This document shows positions 39,770 through 59,546 of a stretch of 64,000 bases of DNA, one piece after another (position 1 is the stretch's first letter; each line of letters starts with the position of its first letter). The stretch covers positions 784,514-848,513 of the forward strand of contig NIVC01000158.1 of NCBI GenBank assembly GCA_002269645.1, in the 5' to 3' direction. A program made the position numbers and the translations under genes. Below the pieces are notes generated by a model, which worked only from the letters and a program-made list of their open reading frames with translations, was not told where the DNA came from and made no database searches. The DNA is from Macrostomum lignano. Taxonomy: Eukaryota.

Positions 39770-40257
39770 CTGTTACAACGATAATGTACTTACCTATGTA
39801 CCTCTCAGCACAAGTTATAAAACTACTTTCTTTATTGTAATCATAGCTTTATTAGTAGTTTGTGTCGCTTTTGAGCAAAGGCTTGTTAAAAAATATATAT
39901 TAGTTTAAGCTTAAGAAGCCGCCTTGCAATCACGAGTAGCTGTCGCACTGCTTGAATCATAATTATCTCGTACACAGCTAAGTCAGGTCTTCAGTTCAAG
40001 GTCATATTCTCTGTCGCATGCCCACTGAAACCTTACTTAATAGGTAATCTCTGATGAGATCTCAGGCTTGTCTTGGTGATTTTGTGACCTGCAATTTTTA
40101 ATTTCGATAGAACGTAGCAATTGTGATAATTCTCATCATGGTAACTAACTGCTGGCGTAGCCACACTATGGCGACAATAGGAATAGGTGTGTGCCTCACC
40201 TCAAACTGTTCAGAAATATGAAGGAGTGGATCATTATTTTTCTACCCTATATGACAT

Positions 40258-41140
40258 GCTTCATTCCTATGAAGAGTCACAATGCAATAGCTTCCATTCC
40301 TATGAAGTCACAATGCAATATCTTCCATTCCTATGAAGTCACAATGCAATAGCTTCCATTCCTATGAAGTCACAATGCAATATCTTCCATTCCTATGAAG
40401 TCACAATGCAATAGCTTCCATTCCTATGAAGTCACAATGCAATAGCTTCATTCCTATGAAGAGTCACAATGCAATAGCTTCCATTCCTATGAAGAGTCAC
40501 AATGCAATAGCTTCCATTCCTATGAAGAGTCACTATGCAATGGCTTCCATTCCTATGAAGAGTCACAAAGCAATAGCTTCCATTCCTATGAAGAGTCACA
40601 ATGTAATAGCTTCCATTCCTATGAAGTCACAATGCAATATCTTCCATTCCTATGAAGAGTCACAATGCAATGGCTTCCATTCCTATGAAGAGTCACAATG
40701 CAATAGCTTCCATTCCTATGAAGTCACAATGCAATAGCTTCCATTCCTATGAAGTCACAATGCAATAGCTTCCATTCCTATGAAGTCACAATGCAATAGC
40801 TTCCATTCCTATGAAGAGTCACAATGCAATGGCTTCCATTCCTATGAAGAGTCACAATGCAATAGCTTCAATTCCTATGAAGAGTCACAATGCAATAGCT
40901 TCCATTCCTATGAAGTCACAATGCAATAGCTTCAATTCCTATGAAGAGTCACAATGCAATATCTTCCATTCCTATGAAGTCGCAATGCAATATCTTCCAT
41001 TCCTATGAAGAGTCACAGGGCAATAGCTTCCATTCCTATGAAGAGTCACAATGCAATATCTTCCATTCCTATGAAGAGTCACAGGGCAATAGCTTCCATT
41101 CCTATGAAGAGTCACAGGGCAATAGCTTCCATTCCTATGA
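40258..41140. repeat. 31/33-bp minisatellite
   Basis: CTTCCATTCCTATGAAG(AG)TCACAATGCAATAG, about 27 copies. Confidence 0.97.
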
Positions 41141-41420
41141 AGAGTCACAGGGCAATAGCCTAGCTTCCAATTCCGACTACTATAACAAAACAAATAGCCC
41201 ACCCAAACCCACCATGAATTGCTCATATTTAAGATTGTCTGTAATAACGTTGGAATTACAAAATAATGTCCCTTATTAACATTCAAGTTTCCCAAAAGAA
41301 AGAGAGATCATACAGTATAGAAGCTTTAGCTGAAGTTTGCTCAGAGAAATTGACCAGAAATCCGAGAACAAAGAGAGTCTACGATTAACTACCAATAGAC
41401 AGCCATGGACAACTAACAGA

Positions 41421-42610
41421 CAGGGGCGTCGCCATGGATTTCTGGCGGGGGGACAAGGCCAAGAAGTCTACATGACTAAATTCCAACATTTTTTAGGAAT
41501 CAAAGTTGTTAGCACTCATTTTGGCGCCACAGGCAGGCACTCATTTTGGCGCCGCAGGCAGGCACTTATTTGGCGCCGCAGGCAGGCACTCATTTTGGCG
41601 CCACAGGCAGGCACTCATTTTGGCGCCACAGGCAGGCTTTCATTTTGGCGCCACAGGCAGGCACTCATTTTAGCGCCGCAGGCAGGCTTTCATTTTAGCG
41701 CCGCAGGCAGGCACTCATTTTGGCGCCGCAGGCAGGAACTCATTTTGGCGCCGCAGGCAGGCACTCATTTTGGCGCCGCAGGCAGGCTTTCATTTTGGCG
41801 CCGCAGGCAGGCACTCATTTTGGCGCCGCAGGCAGGCACTCATTTTGGCGCCGCAGGCAGGCACTCATTTTGGCGCCGCAGGCAGGCACTCATTTTGGCG
41901 CCGCAGGCAGGCACTCATTTTGGCGCCACAGGCAGGCTTTCATTTTGGCGCCGCAGGCAGGCACTCATTTTGGCGCCGCAGGCAGGCACTCATTTTGGCG
42001 CCGCAGGCAGGAACTCATTTTGGCGCCGCAGGCAGGCACTCATTTTGGCGCCGCAGGCAGGCACTCATTTTGGCGCCACAGGCAGGCACTCATTTTGGCG
42101 CCGCAGGCAGGCTTTCATTTTGGCGCCGCAGGCAGGCACTCATTTTGGCGCCGCAGGCAGGCACTCATTTTGGCGCCGCAGGCAGGCACTCATTTTGGCG
42201 CCGCAGGCAGGCACTCATTTTGGCGCCGCAGGCAGGAACTCATTTTGGCGCCGCAGGCAGGCACTCATTTTGGCGCCGCAGGCAGGCACTCATTTTGGCG
42301 CCGCAGGCAGGCACTCATTTTGGCGCCGCAGGCAGGCACTCATTTTGGCGCCGCAGGCAGGAACTCATTTTGGCGCCGCAGGCAGGCACTCATTTTGGCG
42401 CCGCAGGCAGGCACTCATTTTGGCGCCGCAGGCAGGCACTCATTTTGGCGCCGCAGGCAGGCACTCGTTCTGGCGCCCTGAAACAAATTTATTGATTTCC
42501 ATAACGGGTTACAAGGTTGGTCGGGGCGCGCAAAAAGGATTGGCATGTCCCCTCTATAGCTTTTACTGGGGGGTCATGTCCCCCTGTCCCCAGCAGCGGC
42601 AACGCACCTG
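41421..42610. mobile_element. MITE with internal 25-bp tandem array
   Basis: Left end CAGGGGCGTCGCC, right end GGCAACGCACCTG (11/13 inverted match), G/C-run subtermini. Internal array (about 41515-42478) of CATTTTGGCGCCGCAGGCAGGCACT, about 38 copies. No TSD identified. Confidence 0.75.
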
Positions 42611-42742
42611 ACTATAAAGATATGCTCGTAGATGACTGGATTGTGGGGTTGGGACGGAACTGCATACACTGTGTAGTTACAGCGCCAGAGCAGGTGCAAA
42701 ACTATTTTATGAAGCGCCAAACTCAGATATGGAGGCACCATA

Positions 42743-43077
42743 CTGAAATAACGATTCGCCTAATTGAGATAACGATTCGCCTAACTGAGAGAACGATTCC
42801 CTAATTGAGATAATAATTCGCCTAAATGAGATAACAATTCGCCTAAATGAGATAACAATTCGCCTAAATGAGATAATAATTCGCCTAATTGAGATAACAA
42901 TTCGCCTAATTGAGATAACGATTCGCCTAAGTGAGAGAACGATTCCCTAATTGAGATAATAATTCGCCTAAATGAGATAATAATTCGCCTAATTGAGATA
43001 ACAATTTGCCCAATTGAGAAAACAATTCGCCTAATTGAGATAACAATTCGCCTAATTGAGATAATAATTCGCCTAAT
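42743..43077. repeat. 21-bp minisatellite
   Basis: GAGATAACAATTCGCCTAATT, about 16 copies. Confidence 0.95.
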
Positions 43078-43688
43078 GAAGATAAGGGGGCATCAAACTC
43101 AGATAAGAGAGAGTGCAGCATTTTAATAATGAACCTGCCTAAATAACTTACATTATGACTTTTCACCTGTGACAGATCACAGAGACAGCCGGTCTATTTT
43201 TCTGAGAGAGAGAGAGAGAGAGAGAGAGAGATCGGCTTGCAAAACGCATTTAAGAAGACCCTGAAGATAACAGACTCGGTGGGAAGAGAACAAATAAAAG
43301 TACAAGAAAATCGATTTCGCGGCAACCCAAAGATGAAGCTGATGCACAGGCAGGTGTCACTGCATTCGCTGCATTCTGACAGGGGATCTACAGAAGGGAT
43401 TTGTTCGCCTCCAAACTTCTCACTCCAAACTTCTCAGCAATCCCGTATCCGTATAGAAACAGATCGAGCACTTCGTGTGACACTTGGCGTGAATGTAATT
43501 ACAAGCGCATTTTCAGTAGATATTTGACTACTGGCTGTGCGTGTAAATCTTGTTGCATGAGAAATTATTTCAGAAATACGAGCTGACATCAGCGAAGTTG
43601 TGATGCGCTAAGCTCTGGAGATCTCCGGCTGTTCGAATGCAACTGCTGGAATTGGAGATTGGAGAGAGTAGTGCGACAAGCCTCCGAT

Positions 43689-43930
43689 CGTGTCTACTTC
43701 TCCAGTGTCTACTTCTCCTCTCAGTCTTAGTGTCTACTTCTCCTCTCAGTCTCAGTGTCTACTTCTCCAGTGTCTACTTCTCTCAGTCTCAGTGTCTACT
43801 TCTCTAGTGTCTACTTCTCCTCTCAGTCTCAGTGTCTAGTTCTCTAGTGTCTACTTCTCCTCTCAGTCTCAGTGTCTACTTCTTCTATCAGTCTACTTCT
43901 CCTCTTAGTCTCAGTGTCTACTTCTCCTCT
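43689..43930. repeat. 25-bp pyrimidine-rich minisatellite (TCTACTTCTCCTCTCAGTCTCAGTG)
   Basis: Direct reading; its reverse complement recurs at 45716-46248. Confidence 0.9.
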
Positions 43931-44215
43931 AGAGAGAAGTACTCTCTACAGAGAGTAGACTGTAGAGAGTAGATTAGAGAGAGTAAATTGGAGAGAGGAG
44001 AGAGGAGAATGTAGATTGGAGAGAGTAGATTGGAGAGAGTAGATTGGAGAGAGTAGATTGGAGAGAGGAGAGAGGAGAATGTAAATTGGAGAGAGTAGAT
44101 TGGAGAGAGGAGAGAGGAGAATGTAGATTGGAGAAAGTAGATCGGAGAGAGTAGAGAGGGCAGAGGTGAGATGATAGAGGAGAGAGGAAAATGAGAAAGA
44201 ATGACTGATAGTAGA
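43931..44215. repeat. Purine-rich low-complexity repeat (GTAGATTGGAGAGA-type)
   Basis: Direct reading. Confidence 0.85.
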
Positions 44216-44619
44216 GAGAAGGGAACGCATGCAGTGCCGGGTGCATAAACCATGAACAGGTTAACCGCTTCATAACACCCAAGCAGAGCACATTCCTTTA
44301 AGTACAAAAAAATTCCATACCGCATACAGTGGCATGCATGCACAATCCCTAGTAGCATGTTATAAAACGAAATCTCTTTAATGCCAGCAAAAGTTCCGGG
44401 AAATTCTGCAATTCTGTAGCGTATTCACTAGATTATGCACACGCAGGTATCTTATATACTAATATACTACTATTTTCTTATCTGACAAGTACTATAAAAG
44501 CAATCTATATAGTCGAAATTTCTCAAATACAAGCTAAAATCACATTTATGCACTTTTTTTTCCAATATTAATTCCATATTGAATACAAATTATACAATAC
44601 CTACAATACCTAGACAGCT

Positions 44620-45086
44620 CAGGGGCGTCGCCATTTTGGCGCCGTAAGCAGACACTCATTTTTGCGCCGCAGGCAGGCACTCATTTTGGCGCATCATTTT
44701 GGCGCCGTAAGCAGACACTCATTTTGGCACCGCACGCAGGCACTCATTTTAGCGCCGCTCGCAGGCACTCATTTTGGCGCATCATTTTGGCGCCGTAAGC
44801 AGACACTCATTTTGGCACCGCACGCAGGCACTCATTTTGGCGCATCATTTTGGCGCCGTAAGCAGACACTCATTTTAGCGCCGCTCGCAGGCACTCATTT
44901 TGGCGCCGTAAGCAGGCACTCATTTTGGCGCCGTAAGCAGCCACTTTTCGGCGCCGCAGCCAGGCACTCACGTTGACACCGTAGGCCGCTATATTTGGCG
45001 CCTGAAGCCCTGAAGCAAAATTATTGATTTCCATAACGGGTCACAAGGTGGAGACGGGGTGCACAAAGCATTGGCATGTCCCCCTG
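44620..45086. mobile_element. Shorter member of the 41421 MITE family
   Basis: Same CAGGGGCGTCGCCAT start, related CATTTTGGCGCC units, and the same downstream block (TTATTGATTTCCATAACGGG...TTGGCATGTCCCCT). Ends in CCCCTG. Confidence 0.75.
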
Positions 45087-45715
45087 TATCGTATCGAAGC
45101 CCCTGCCAAGACTCCTGAGCATTGGCTCTCAATGCATAAATTGCATGCAAAACCCAAGCCTAACCCCAACTCGTTCGTCAGCTGAGATTAATCTCGCAGT
45201 AAATTATCCCAAGGGTTCGCTAGAGAAAGTGTTCGGTCGCTAGCGGCTCATCCGGTGCGGGTCTAAACCGACCTAAGCAAAGATCAGATTTAACAATAGC
45301 TACTGGTATGTTAATCCTTCCATGATTATCTGGGCTACAGCTGTGCGTAGGCGTGAACGCGATCAAGGCTAATAGTAAATTCTGAGCTTGTGTTTGTCCC
45401 ACAGTGTCAGTATCCGCTACCCCTGCATGCTGGCGAGTATTCACCCTGACTGCCTTGTTTACCAAATCGGGATCTGGTTTCAACACGCGCTGTTTTGGTG
45501 CCATTCGAGGGGATCTAAAGGTGTTGCACTCTGCTGTTAGAGGTGTAGAATGGGGTGGGGCAGCAGTTGCCGGATGTAGACTCAGCTGGCTGGGAGAGTC
45601 ACGCAGTTGGGTGGAAACCGTTTGTGAATTTGGCACCCTGTGAAACATTCTGCTTGTGTGAACTCTTTCCGAAGAGAAAATGCTTTTCATTCTCTAAAGG
45701 GAGATTCAGAGAAGT

Positions 45716-46248
45716 GGACACTGGGACAGGGAGATGTGCGGAGAGGGAGACTAAGAGGAGAAGTAGACACTGAGACTAAGAGGAGAAGTAGACACTGAGA
45801 CTGAGAGGAGAAGTAGACGCTGAGACTAAGAGGAGAAGTAGACTGAGAGGAGAAGTAGACACTGAGACTGAGAGGAGAGCAGTAGACACTGAGACTGAGA
45901 GGAGAAGTAGACACTGAGACTGAGAGGAGAAGTAGACTGAGAGGAGAAGTAGACACTGAGACTGAGAGGAGAAGTAGACACTGAGACTAAGAGGAGAACT
46001 AGACTGAGAGGAGAGAAGTAGACACTGAGACTAAGAGGAGAAGTAGACTGAGAGGAGAGAAGTAGACACTGAGACTGAGAGGAGAGAAGTAGACACTGAG
46101 ACTGAGAGGAGAAGTAGACACTGAGACTAAGAGGAGAAGTAGACACTGAGACTAATAGGAGAAGTAGACTGACAGGAGAAGTAGACACTGAGACTGAGAG
46201 GAGAGAAGTAGACACTGAGACTGAGAAAAGTAGACACTGAGACTGAGA
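45716..46248. repeat. 25-bp minisatellite, inverted copy of 43689-43930
   Basis: Unit CACTGAGACTGAGAGGAGAAGTAGA. Confidence 0.92.
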
Positions 46249-47367
46249 GACGCAGAGCTGCCCTTTCCAGGCGGCCTCCACCCACCCCAAAGTCAACACT
46301 GTTCTTTTTCCGCTTCAAGCCAAAGTTCTCCCTGAAGCAATTAAAAAGCGAAGTCGAACCCTCAACCCCCGCCTGTCTACCTGGCGAAGTCAATCAAGAT
46401 GATTGGCGCATTAATAGTAGTTCTTTGCGAAACAATGAGACAAGAGACAACAGCTAAAGAGAAGAGTATTCGATGGTAGTGAAGCCAAGGCTACTCTCGA
46501 CTCTCCTCAATTTGATTGACAGCTGCCAAACTCAAGAGGCTGCGCAGCGCCGAAGGCGGAGAAGATATATTTTTCTTTCTTAATCCTTGAGTGTCGTCGC
46601 ATCGAAACCTCGCTCTCTCTCCTCTCTCTTCCTGTGTAAACACGCCGCTTGACTGGCATTGAGACGGGCTCGAGTAGGTCAAGGAGGACTTCAACGACAA
46701 CTTGGAGTTGAAGGAGATTTCGCCTAAAATTGATCCAGGACTAAAAATAAGTGCTCATAAAAAGTTCATAGAGATGTCATACTCTGGGGCTACGGCTTGG
46801 AATCCTGTGACCAGGTTGATGAAGATCCGTCCAATTAAAACAGAACGAGATATGCCTGTTTCCGCTCCAGATTCTGGTAGATCTCCTTGAGTAGAAAAGG
46901 AATGAGCATCGCTTGCTGGCATAGAGAATCTGGCGCGGGGTCTTCGGGCTCGGTTCGTGTTTGCCCAGCAGCATCAATATTTAGCCAAGTCGTTGAGACC
47001 GGCGCCGGCTCCGCCCAGCCTCACCTCCCCGGGCCCAGTCTCCTCCCATGCCTCATCAAACCGGCCTGTCAGCTATTAATTGTCAGTTGACTCGCTGCAG
47101 TGTTCGCGACTGAAATAAAGGACGATGATAGACAGGTGTTTGTTGCGTTCGAATCTCCAACTGCATAAAAGCAGATGAGAGCGATTGCTCTATTCATTTC
47201 AAGACGAATTTTGAAAACTCGATAATTAAGGCTGAGAATTGTAAAATTTATTTTGGCAGATTTTTTTGCAATTGGGCGTTTAAAAATGGGTTTAAGAGTT
47301 CTGTATCGGATGTGAGCGCGACTTTTCAATTTTTCATGCCTTGCAACTGCGTCACCATTCGTTTGCC

Positions 47368-48080
47368 TCATCCGCCGCCACATCCACTCTCCTCATCCGC
47401 CCCCAAATCCACTCTCCTCATCCGCCCCCAAATCCACTCTCCTCATCCGCCCTCACATCCACTCTCCTCATCCGCCCCCACATCCACTCTCCTCATCCGC
47501 CCTCACATCCACTCTCCTCATCCGCCCCCACATCCACTCTCCTCATCCGCCCCCACATCCACTCTCCTCATCCGCCCCCAAATCCACTCTCCTCATCCGC
47601 CCCACATCCACTCTCCTCATCCGCCCCCACATCCACTCTCCTCATCCACCCCCACATCCACTCTCCTCATCCGCCCCACATCCACTCTCCTCATCCGCCC
47701 CCACATCCACTCTCCTCATCCGCCCCCAAATCCACTCTCCTCATCCGCCCTCACATCCACTCTCCTCATCCGCCCCCACATCCACTCTCCTCATCCGCCC
47801 TCACATCCACTCTCCTCATCCGCCCCCACATCCACTCTCCTCATCCGCCCCCACATCCACTCTCCTCATCCGCCCTCACATCCACTCTCCTCATCCGCCC
47901 TCACATCCACTCTCCTCATCCGCCGCCACATCCACTCTCCTCATCCGCCCCCACATCCACTCTCCTCATCCGCCCCCACATCCACTCTCCTCATCCGCCC
48001 CCACATCCACTCTCCTCATCCGCCCCCCACATCAACTCTCCTCATCCGCCCCCAAATCCACTCTCCTCATCCGCCCACAC
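47368..48080. repeat. 24/25-bp C-rich minisatellite
   Basis: CATCCACTCTCCTCATCCGCCCCCA, about 28 copies. Confidence 0.96.
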
Positions 48081-48084
48081 ATGC

Positions 48085-48800
48085 GCTCTCTACCCACCCT
48101 GATCTCTACCAATCCGCTCTCTACCCATCCTCTCTCTACCAATCCTCTCTCTCTCTACCTATCCTCTCTCTACCCATCCTCTCTCTACCCATCCGCTCTC
48201 TACCCATCCTCTCTCTACCCATCCGCTCTCTACCCATCCTCTCTCTACCCATCCTCTCTCTACCAATCCTCTCTCTCTCTACCTATCCTCTCTCTACCCA
48301 TCCTCTCTCTACCCATCCGCTCTCTACCCATCCTCTCTCTACCCATCCGCTCTCTACCCATCCTCTCTCTCTACCCATCCTCTCTCTCTCTACCCATCGT
48401 CTCTCTCTACCCATCCTCTCTCTACCAATCCGCTCTCTACCCATCCTCTCTCTACCCATCCGCTCTCTACCCATCCTCTCTCTACCCATCCGCTCTCTAC
48501 CCATCCTCTCTCTACCCATCCGCTCTCTACCCATCCTCTCTCTCTCTACCCATCCTCTCTCTCTCTACCCATCCTCTCTCTCTACCCATCCTCTCTCTAC
48601 CAATCCGCTCTCTACCCATCCTCTCTCTACCAATCCGCTCTCTACCCATCCTCTCTCTACCAATCCGCTCTCTACCCATCCTCTCTCTCTACCCATCCTC
48701 TCTCTACACATCCGCTCTCTACCCATCCGCTCTCTACCCATCCTCTCTCTACCAATCCGCTCTCTACCCATCCTCTCTCTACTTATCCGCTCTCTACCAA
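48085..48800. repeat. Approximately 15-bp pyrimidine-rich repeat (CTCTCTACCCATC[CT/CG])
   Basis: Direct reading. Confidence 0.94.
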
Positions 48801-49284
48801 TGCCCATCCACTCCTTCACCTGCTGTAGCCAACAAGCGCCCCATTATCTAAAAACGGCCTTATTCTGAAGAGGTGAATGATCTCGACACCCGAGACCAAC
48901 TGCAGTAAAGCATCTTGTCAGGCATTAATTACACTCCGTCTGGGTGTCACGTATTGAATATCTCATTATTAAAAAAGTTGACTTTTGACTTGAAAATGAC
49001 TATGTTCTCTCTCAATTGGAGATTTTACATTTGATCCGCATCTCCGGCTTCTGATTTTGTGAAGAGTTTATAAATTTGTTATAACCTAACAATTATCAGG
49101 TTCTTTTCGCAGCACACGAGAGGCTGACACAAGCAGTGCCCAGTGGCTGTCCACTGCGAGTCCGGTTCTGTCAATCTACGAGTAATTACACACCCATCCT
49201 GAAATCTGAGAAGTCAAAATTTAACCGTTTCTAACTTTAGAAGCGTATTTTATTCGCTGTATTCTTGGGAATACATGCTCTATA

Positions 49285-50460
49285 GGGTCATAGATGCTCT
49301 TTTCTGAGGGTCATAGATGCTCTTTTCTGAGGGTCATAGATGCTCTTTTCTGAGGGTCATAGATGCTCTTTTCTGAGGGTCATAGATGCTCTTTTCTGAG
49401 GGTCATAGATGCTCTTTTCTGAGGGTCATAGATGCTCTTTTCTGAGGGTCATAGATGCTCTTTTCTGAGGGTCATAGATGCTCTTTTCTGAGGGTCATAG
49501 ATGCTCTTTTCTGAGGGTCATAGAAACTACTTACTTTCCGAGGGTCATAGATGCTCTTTGCCGAGGGTCATAGAAACTACTTTCCGAGGGTCATAGATGC
49601 TCTTTGCCGAGGGTCATAGAAACTACTTTCTGAGGGTCATAGATGCTCTTTTCTGAGGGTCATAGATGCTCTTTTCTGAGGGTCATAGATGCTATTTTCT
49701 GAGGGTCATAGAAACTACTTTCCGAGGGTCATAGATGCTCTTTTCTGAGGGTCATAGATGCTCTTTTCTGAGGGTCGTAGATGCTCTTTTCTGAGGTTCA
49801 TAGATGCTCTTTTCTGAGGGTCATAGATGCTCTTTTCTGAGGGTCATAGATGCTCTTTTCTGAGGGTCGTAGATGCTCTTTTCTGAGGGTCATAGATGCT
49901 CTTTTCTGAGGGTCGTAGATGCTCTTTTCTGAGGGTCGTAGATGCTCTTTTCTGAGGGTCATAGAAACTACTTTCCGAGGGTCATTGATGCTCTTTGCCG
50001 CGGGTCATAGATGCTCTTTTCTGAGGGTCATAGAAACTACTTACTTTCCGAGGGTCATAGATGCTCTTTGCCGAGGGTCATAGAAACTACTTACTTTCCG
50101 AGGGTCATAGATGCTCTTTGCCGAGGGTCATAGAAACTACTTTCCGAGGGTCATAGATGCTCTTTGCCGAGGGTCATAGAAACTACTTTCTGAGGGTCAT
50201 AGATGCTCTTTTCTGAGGTTCATAGATGCTCTTTTCTGAGGGTCATAGATGCTATTTTCTGAGGGTCATAGAAACTACTTTCCGAGGGTCATAGATGCTC
50301 TTTGCCGAGGGTCATAGAAACTACTTTCCGAGGGTCATAGATGCTCTTTTCTGAGGGTCATAGATGCTCTTTTCTGAGGGTCATAGAAACTACTTTCCGA
50401 GGGTCATAGAGGAAGCCATCCGAGGGTCATAGAAAATGCTCTCTGAAGGTCATAGAGACT
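49285..50460. repeat. 23-bp minisatellite
   Basis: GAGGGTCATAGATGCTCTTTTCT interleaved with a GAAACTACTTTCC variant, about 50 copies. Confidence 0.97.
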
Positions 50461-51355
50461 GTTCTCTGATAGCTCCGAGGGTCATACCGAGGGTCATAGA
50501 GAATGCTCTCCGAGGACCTTCTCCAAGTCAATAATAAATAACTTCGGTGCATCCAAAAATTCAGCAACTAACGAAGTCAGTGGTGCACATTTCTCCCTTG
50601 GTTTTTGCGATAGATTTGCAATAATGTTAATTTATTAATTATATATAATTATATACTGCAATCTCTCCTACCACACACACTGTTACACAAGTTTGACCGA
50701 AGCAGAACAATGGGAGGGCGGCAGACAGGACGGGAGAAGTGAAGATAAGACAGGGTAGAGCAAGGACCAAGGACCTCCCGAGGCGAGGCTTGTCTATGGC
50801 CAAACCCTCCAATCAATGCAATGCATACGGTAGATAAATTCCCATAACTTCAAAGTCATTCTATTATTAGGAAAAACAAGATGAAAGAAAAGCGAGAATA
50901 GAAAGTGAAATTTCTCTACATGGGATAAAAATGAAATCGGGGTGTCGCGTGTAAAGCATGCATTATCGGCCGTGATTACATAAAGCTGTGTTTGCATTGA
51001 TTCCGATTACTAGCGAGAACAAAAGTCGACACAGAAAAATATCAGGTATTTTGATAGGCGACTCACGTTTACAACGGAGGAAAGGTTGACAGAACGAAAA
51101 CGGATAGGAAAAGTGGGACAGAGAAGTAGGTTGAGAGTAGGCAGACAGATCTCAATTCCTCAACTGTTCGCCGATATGTTGCGTAAATCGTTTTTTCTGC
51201 CGTAACAACGCAAATTTCGAAGAAAAAGCCGGAGAAGAAAGTGCAACTCGGCTCAGGCGGGTGGAGAGAAAGATTAGAAAGAGAGACCGGAGGAAATTCA
51301 GTCCTCTTCTGGTTTCCAGTTCCATTGCTGCAGTCAGTTGCCAACTGGAAAGTTT

Positions 51356-57611
<6,256 letters not shown>

Positions 57612-58037
57612 TTCTGCAATTTATGACTTGAACTCCAGTTCTGTCTGAACGAGTTTGCCTGCTAGGCGTCAATTTGGAATTCGTTGGTATATTAAAGTAA
57701 CTTTTATTATTTAACTGTTGGGGAGTGGGCGGCTGAGGCGGGTGGCGGGCCAGCAGTCCTATGGCAGGCAGTCCTGCCGAGCCATTGGCTGTGGCCTAAG
57801 GGGGGGGGAGTGGCGGGGACTGTCTGCAACACGGACCCCTCCTCCAACCCCAGTCCCAGTCTTGGCAGGCACTTCATCAACGCTACACGAGTCTCTTAAC
57901 AGGTAAAATGGCAACCTGCTTGTCGTTCAAGAATCAGTAGCCTGGAAGAACCCCTCTTCACAAAAAATCTTTTAGATAACTGTCACCATCTATTGATTTA
58001 TGACTCAATTTTTCACTTTAAGTTCATTTTTGACTGC

Positions 58038-59546
58038 TAAAGCACTGATTTTGGCGCCCAAGCACTGATTTTAGCGCCCAAGCACTGACTTTGGCGCCCA
58101 AGCACTGACTTTGGCGCCCAAGCACTGACTTTGGCGCCCAAGCACTGACTTTGGCGCCCAAGCACTGACTTTGGCGCCCAAGCACTGATTTTAGCTCAAA
58201 AGCACTGATTTTAGAGCCCAAGCACTGATTTTAGAGCCCAAGCACTGATTTTAGCGCCCCAGCACTGATTTTGGCGCCCAAGCACTGATTTTAGCGCCCA
58301 AGCACTGATTTTGGCGCCCAAGCACTGATTTTGGCGCCCAAGCACTGATTTTAGCGCCCAAGCACTGATTTTAGCGCCCAAGCACTGATTTTAGCGCCCA
58401 AGCACTGATTTTAGCGCCCAAGCACTGATTTTAGAGCCCAAGCACTGATTTTAGCGCCCAAGCACTGATTTTGGCGCCCAAGCACTGATTTTGGCGCCCA
58501 AGCACTGATTTTAGCGCCCAAGCACTGATTTTAGCGCCCAAGCACTGATTTTAGCGCCCAAGCACTGATTTTAGCGCCCAAGCACTGATTTTAGAGCCCA
58601 AGCACTGATTTTAGCGCCCAAGCACTGATTTTGGCGCCCAAGCACTGATTTTAGCGCCCAAGCACTGATTTTGGCGCCCAAGCACTGATTTTAGCGCCCA
58701 AGCACTGATTTTAGCGCCCAAGCACTGATTTTAGCGCCCAAGCACTGATTTTGGCGCCCAAGCACTGATTTTAGCGCCCAAGCACTGATTTTGGCGCCCA
58801 AGCACTGATTTTAGCGCCCAAGCATCTGATTTTAGCGCCCAAGCACTGATTTTAGCGCCCAAGCACTGATTCTGGCGCCCAAGCACTGATTTTAGCGCCC
58901 AAGCACTGATTTTAGCGCAGAAGCACTGATTTTAGCGCAGAAGCACTGATTTTAGCGCCCAAGCACTGATTTTAGCGCCGAAGCACTGATTTTAGCGCCA
59001 AGCACTGATTTTAGCGCCCAAGCACTGATTTTAGCGCCCAAGCACTGATTTTAGCGCCCAAGCACTGATTTTGGCGCCCAAGCACTGATTTTGGCGCCCA
59101 AGCACTGATTTTAGCGCCCAAGCACTGATTTTGGCGCCCAAGCACTTAATTTAGCGCCCAAGCACTGATTTTGGCGCCCAAGCACTTAATTTAGCGCCCA
59201 AGCACTGATTTTGGCGCCCAAGCACTTAATTTAGCGCCCAAGCACTGATTTTGGCGCCCAAGCACTGATTTTGGCGCCCAAGCACTTAATTTAGCGCCCA
59301 AGCACTGATTTTGGCGCCCAAGCACTTAATTTAGCGCCCAAGCACTGATTTTGGCGCCCAAGCACTTAATTTAGCGCCCAAGCACTGATTTTGGCGCCCA
59401 AGCACTGATTTTGGCGCCCAAGCACTTAATTTAGCGTCCAAGCACTTAATTTAGCGCCCAAGCACTGATTTTGGCGCCCAAGCACTGATTTTGGCGCCCA
59501 AGCACTTAATTTAGCGCCCAAGCACTGATTTTGGCGCCCAAGCACT
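58038..59546. repeat. 20-bp minisatellite AAGCACTGATTTT(A/G)GCGCCC
   Basis: About 75 copies; starts about 430 bp upstream of the six3/6 ATG. Confidence 0.98.

Noticed and set aside
45220-47090. Short ORFs (156 aa minus strand and others) between arrays; likewise those at 63289-63870
   Set aside because: No recognisable domain, start context or splice structure; possibly decayed transposon sequence.
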